64,000 nt of DNA. It comes from Histomonas meleagridis 2922-C6/04-290x. Lineage: Eukaryota > Protista > Parabasalia. The notes beneath the pieces were generated by a model. That model was not told where the DNA came from. It made no database searches and saw only the letters and a program-made list of their open reading frames with translations. How positions within the stretch are numbered: position 1 is the stretch's first letter; each line of letters opens with the position of its first letter. Location of the stretch: positions 62,001-126,000 of the forward strand of contig JAANOX010000236.1 of NCBI GenBank assembly GCA_020184695.1, written 5' to 3'. The position numbers were made by a program, and so were the translations under genes. Below are positions 62,068 to 64,000 of this stretch, piece by piece.

Positions 62068-62691
62068 TTAATGAATGGATGGATTAGAATTAATTCTCGG
62101 AGTGTACACACGAGCTGTCTTTGCAGAAACCATTCGGAGTTTTCCATCTTCTTTAAGTGATTTTTTAAGGTTTTCAAACTTGAGTAATGTTTTTTCAAAC
62201 AAATCTCGATAAAAGGCAACAGATTCACGTGGCTGTTGAATTTTCATTGCTTTCCCATGTTTTCTTGCTTCAGCTTCTGCGAGTTCTCGTTGAAGTTGAA
62301 GTATTTGACGGTCTTTTCTCCTGAGTAATTCTGATTTTTTGTTTCCTTCAATTTCAAGTTGGTGTAACTCTTCTTTATATTCCTCTAATGTTTTGTTCCT
62401 TTCAGATATTGATTTTCTTTTAACTTCTTCCTCTAGTTTAATTTGATCTTCATGTAAAGATTCTTCTTCATCATTTTCATCATCAATAAAATCATCTGAA
62501 AATACTTCCTCTTGAACTGGTAGATCCAATTTTGCTAAAACAACATGTTTTTCTTTTTTTTCATTTTTAATATTTGGTAACGAAATAGATTCAAACATTA
62601 CTGAATCAACATCTTCATATTTTTCTACCATCTTATCAAAAGCTGATGGAGTTGGTGCTCTTACGTAATGATTTTGTTCTTCTTTCCACAT
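62068..62691 (-). CDS. Hypothetical coiled-coil protein
   Basis: 207-aa acidic and coiled-coil ORF. Confidence 0.65.
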   Translation of the reverse strand: MWKEEQNHYVRAPTPSAFDKMVEKYEDVDSVMFESISLPNIKNEKKEKHVVLAKLDLPVQEEVFSDDFIDDENDEEESLHEDQIKLEEEVKRKSISERNKTLEEYKEELHQLEIEGNKKSELLRRKDRQILQLQRELAEAEARKHGKAMKIQQPRESVAFYRDLFEKTLLKFENLKKSLKEDGKLRMVSAKTARVYTPRINSNPSIH

Positions 62692-62783
62692 TTTGGTTCC
62701 TCAAAAAACAAATTAACGTTCTCTGATTTTTTATTATTATTATTTTTTGGTTTTTTCGAATAGTATCGTCTTTATTTAGCATA

Positions 62784-63602
62784 ATGTCTGAGGAACCTGC
62801 ATACGACCTTCTTCGTCGTGTTAAGCCAAGTGATATTGAGCCACGACTATATGATTTAATTCGACTTTGCCCAAGATTATCAGAAACACTTTTAAGTACA
62901 GTTGATATCCCCATGAAAATTAAAGAAGACACAGCTGTTGGTGGTTTATTTGTTGCTTGTGAGTTCAATCGTGATCTTGATAGTCATCGCTCACCTCTTT
63001 CAAATAAATATTACCCAACGCTTCGAGATGGACAAATGATACCTGAACGATTACGTCGCATCGAAATCAAAGCGAATTATGCATTTAATGCATATCGGCA
63101 CCTTTATTTTCATGGTGGCATATGTTCAGTTTATCTTTGGGAAATAGAAACTAAAGTTTTCGGACTTGGTGTTTTTATTAAAAATAACATTAACACAAAG
63201 ATAAGAACTGGCAACTCAATCAAAGGAGTAATTGATTGTAGTGATGTTATTGAAATTGATGAAACAAACCCAAAAGTTGCAAAATATACTTTAACATCAT
63301 CTGTATTAATGAATGTATCAATTGATATCGGATTATCTAAACCACTAACTATTGGGGGAAGCACAGCAGATAGGAAAATTGTTGAAAGGCCTTGGAAAAA
63401 TGATAATGATCATATTGTAAATGTTGGAGAACTTGTAGAATCAAATTCTGCTCACTTTAGAGATTATATTGAAGCAATTTACATTTCAAAAATGAGACAA
63501 ATTATCGAATTGATGTCAAATCAAGATGGAATGGCATTACAGGCAGCAGTGGCCAAAGAATTAGCGACTTTATTTGCAAAGAAGAAAGCTTCTGGTCAAT
63601 AA
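62784..63602 (+). CDS. CAPZB: F-actin capping protein beta subunit
   Basis: AYDLLRRVKP, LLSTVDIPMK, CEFNRDLDSHRSP.SNKYYP, RLRRIEIKAN.AF..YRHLYF.GGICSVYLW, HIVNVGELVE. Confidence 0.92.
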   Translation: MSEEPAYDLLRRVKPSDIEPRLYDLIRLCPRLSETLLSTVDIPMKIKEDTAVGGLFVACEFNRDLDSHRSPLSNKYYPTLRDGQMIPERLRRIEIKANYAFNAYRHLYFHGGICSVYLWEIETKVFGLGVFIKNNINTKIRTGNSIKGVIDCSDVIEIDETNPKVAKYTLTSSVLMNVSIDIGLSKPLTIGGSTADRKIVERPWKNDNDHIVNVGELVESNSAHFRDYIEAIYISKMRQIIELMSNQDGMALQAAVAKELATLFAKKKASGQ

Positions 63603-64000
63603 AAACATCTGAAATCACCATGTATATGTGTTTGGATAGAGGAGTTTTTTTATTTCAAAAAAGTTAAAATATGAAAACTAGCAGAATGAAACTAAGATTC
63701 GATGTTTTATTTACATTTTTTTGCAAAATATTCTATGTGATTATAGGAAATAAACGATGAGCAGGAACTTAAATTTTTAAAATAGAATAAGATATTTGAT
63801 TGTGACTGAGTTGCAAGTTACTTGAGTGATTCAAAAGAAGTTATTTTTGGGTTTTTAAATTTATCATTTGTTTTTCTGAGCAAAGGCCTTGGGTTTGACA
63901 ATGCCTTTTGAGGAGTTTCTATGGTAAACATGTTGGAAAGAGAATTAATTTGAGAAAAAGATGCTGAATTTTCATGTTCTATTTTACTGCATGATTTCCT

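Noticed and set aside
4505-63364. Numerous 60-130-aa antisense or alternate-frame ORFs overlapping the main genes
   Set aside because: No motifs; expected shadows of long coding regions.
1-64000. Transposons typical of trichomonads (Maverick/Polinton, Tc1/mariner, Mutator, Kolobok)
   Set aside because: No transposase, integrase or polB motifs and no long terminal inverted repeats were seen.

Overview
AT-rich, gene-dense eukaryotic genomic DNA from a parabasalid (trichomonad). The assignment rests on a trichomonad-type LDH, BspA and Pmp-like surface proteins, a DUF3447-ankyrin gene, CCTTT (M5) promoter elements before ribosomal protein genes, and essentially intron-free genes. The species cannot be fixed from sequence alone. 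The window holds about 30 protein genes, including TOR (5'-truncated by the window edge), Arp3, primase large subunit, Vps53, a GH13 alpha-amylase, DNA2, a ZIP transporter, RPL36, RPS15, a dynein intermediate chain, Swi5/Sae3-like, UVRAG-like, a large USP, LDH, epsin and CapZ-beta. It also holds one 5S rRNA, tRNA-Ser(AGA) and tRNA-Thr(AGT). The standout is 16933-20690, a DUF3447-ankyrin gene that the ORF track shows only as fragments. Its 16 downstream ankyrin repeats are individually intact but lie in all three frames. They are separated by spacers of 80 nt (13 times), 63, 46 and 20 nt. Every spacer parses exactly into 17-nt T-rich, non-GT-AG inserts alternating with single codons, and these codons spell the missing x-x-G-x ankyrin turn (e.g. 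KD[17]K[17]N[17]G[17]N-TAL). Removing 58 x 17 nt gives one 923-aa ORF. This looks like a length-defined micro-interruption (excision or skipping) system that I do not recognise from the literature. The mechanism is inference and needs transcript and proteomic data.
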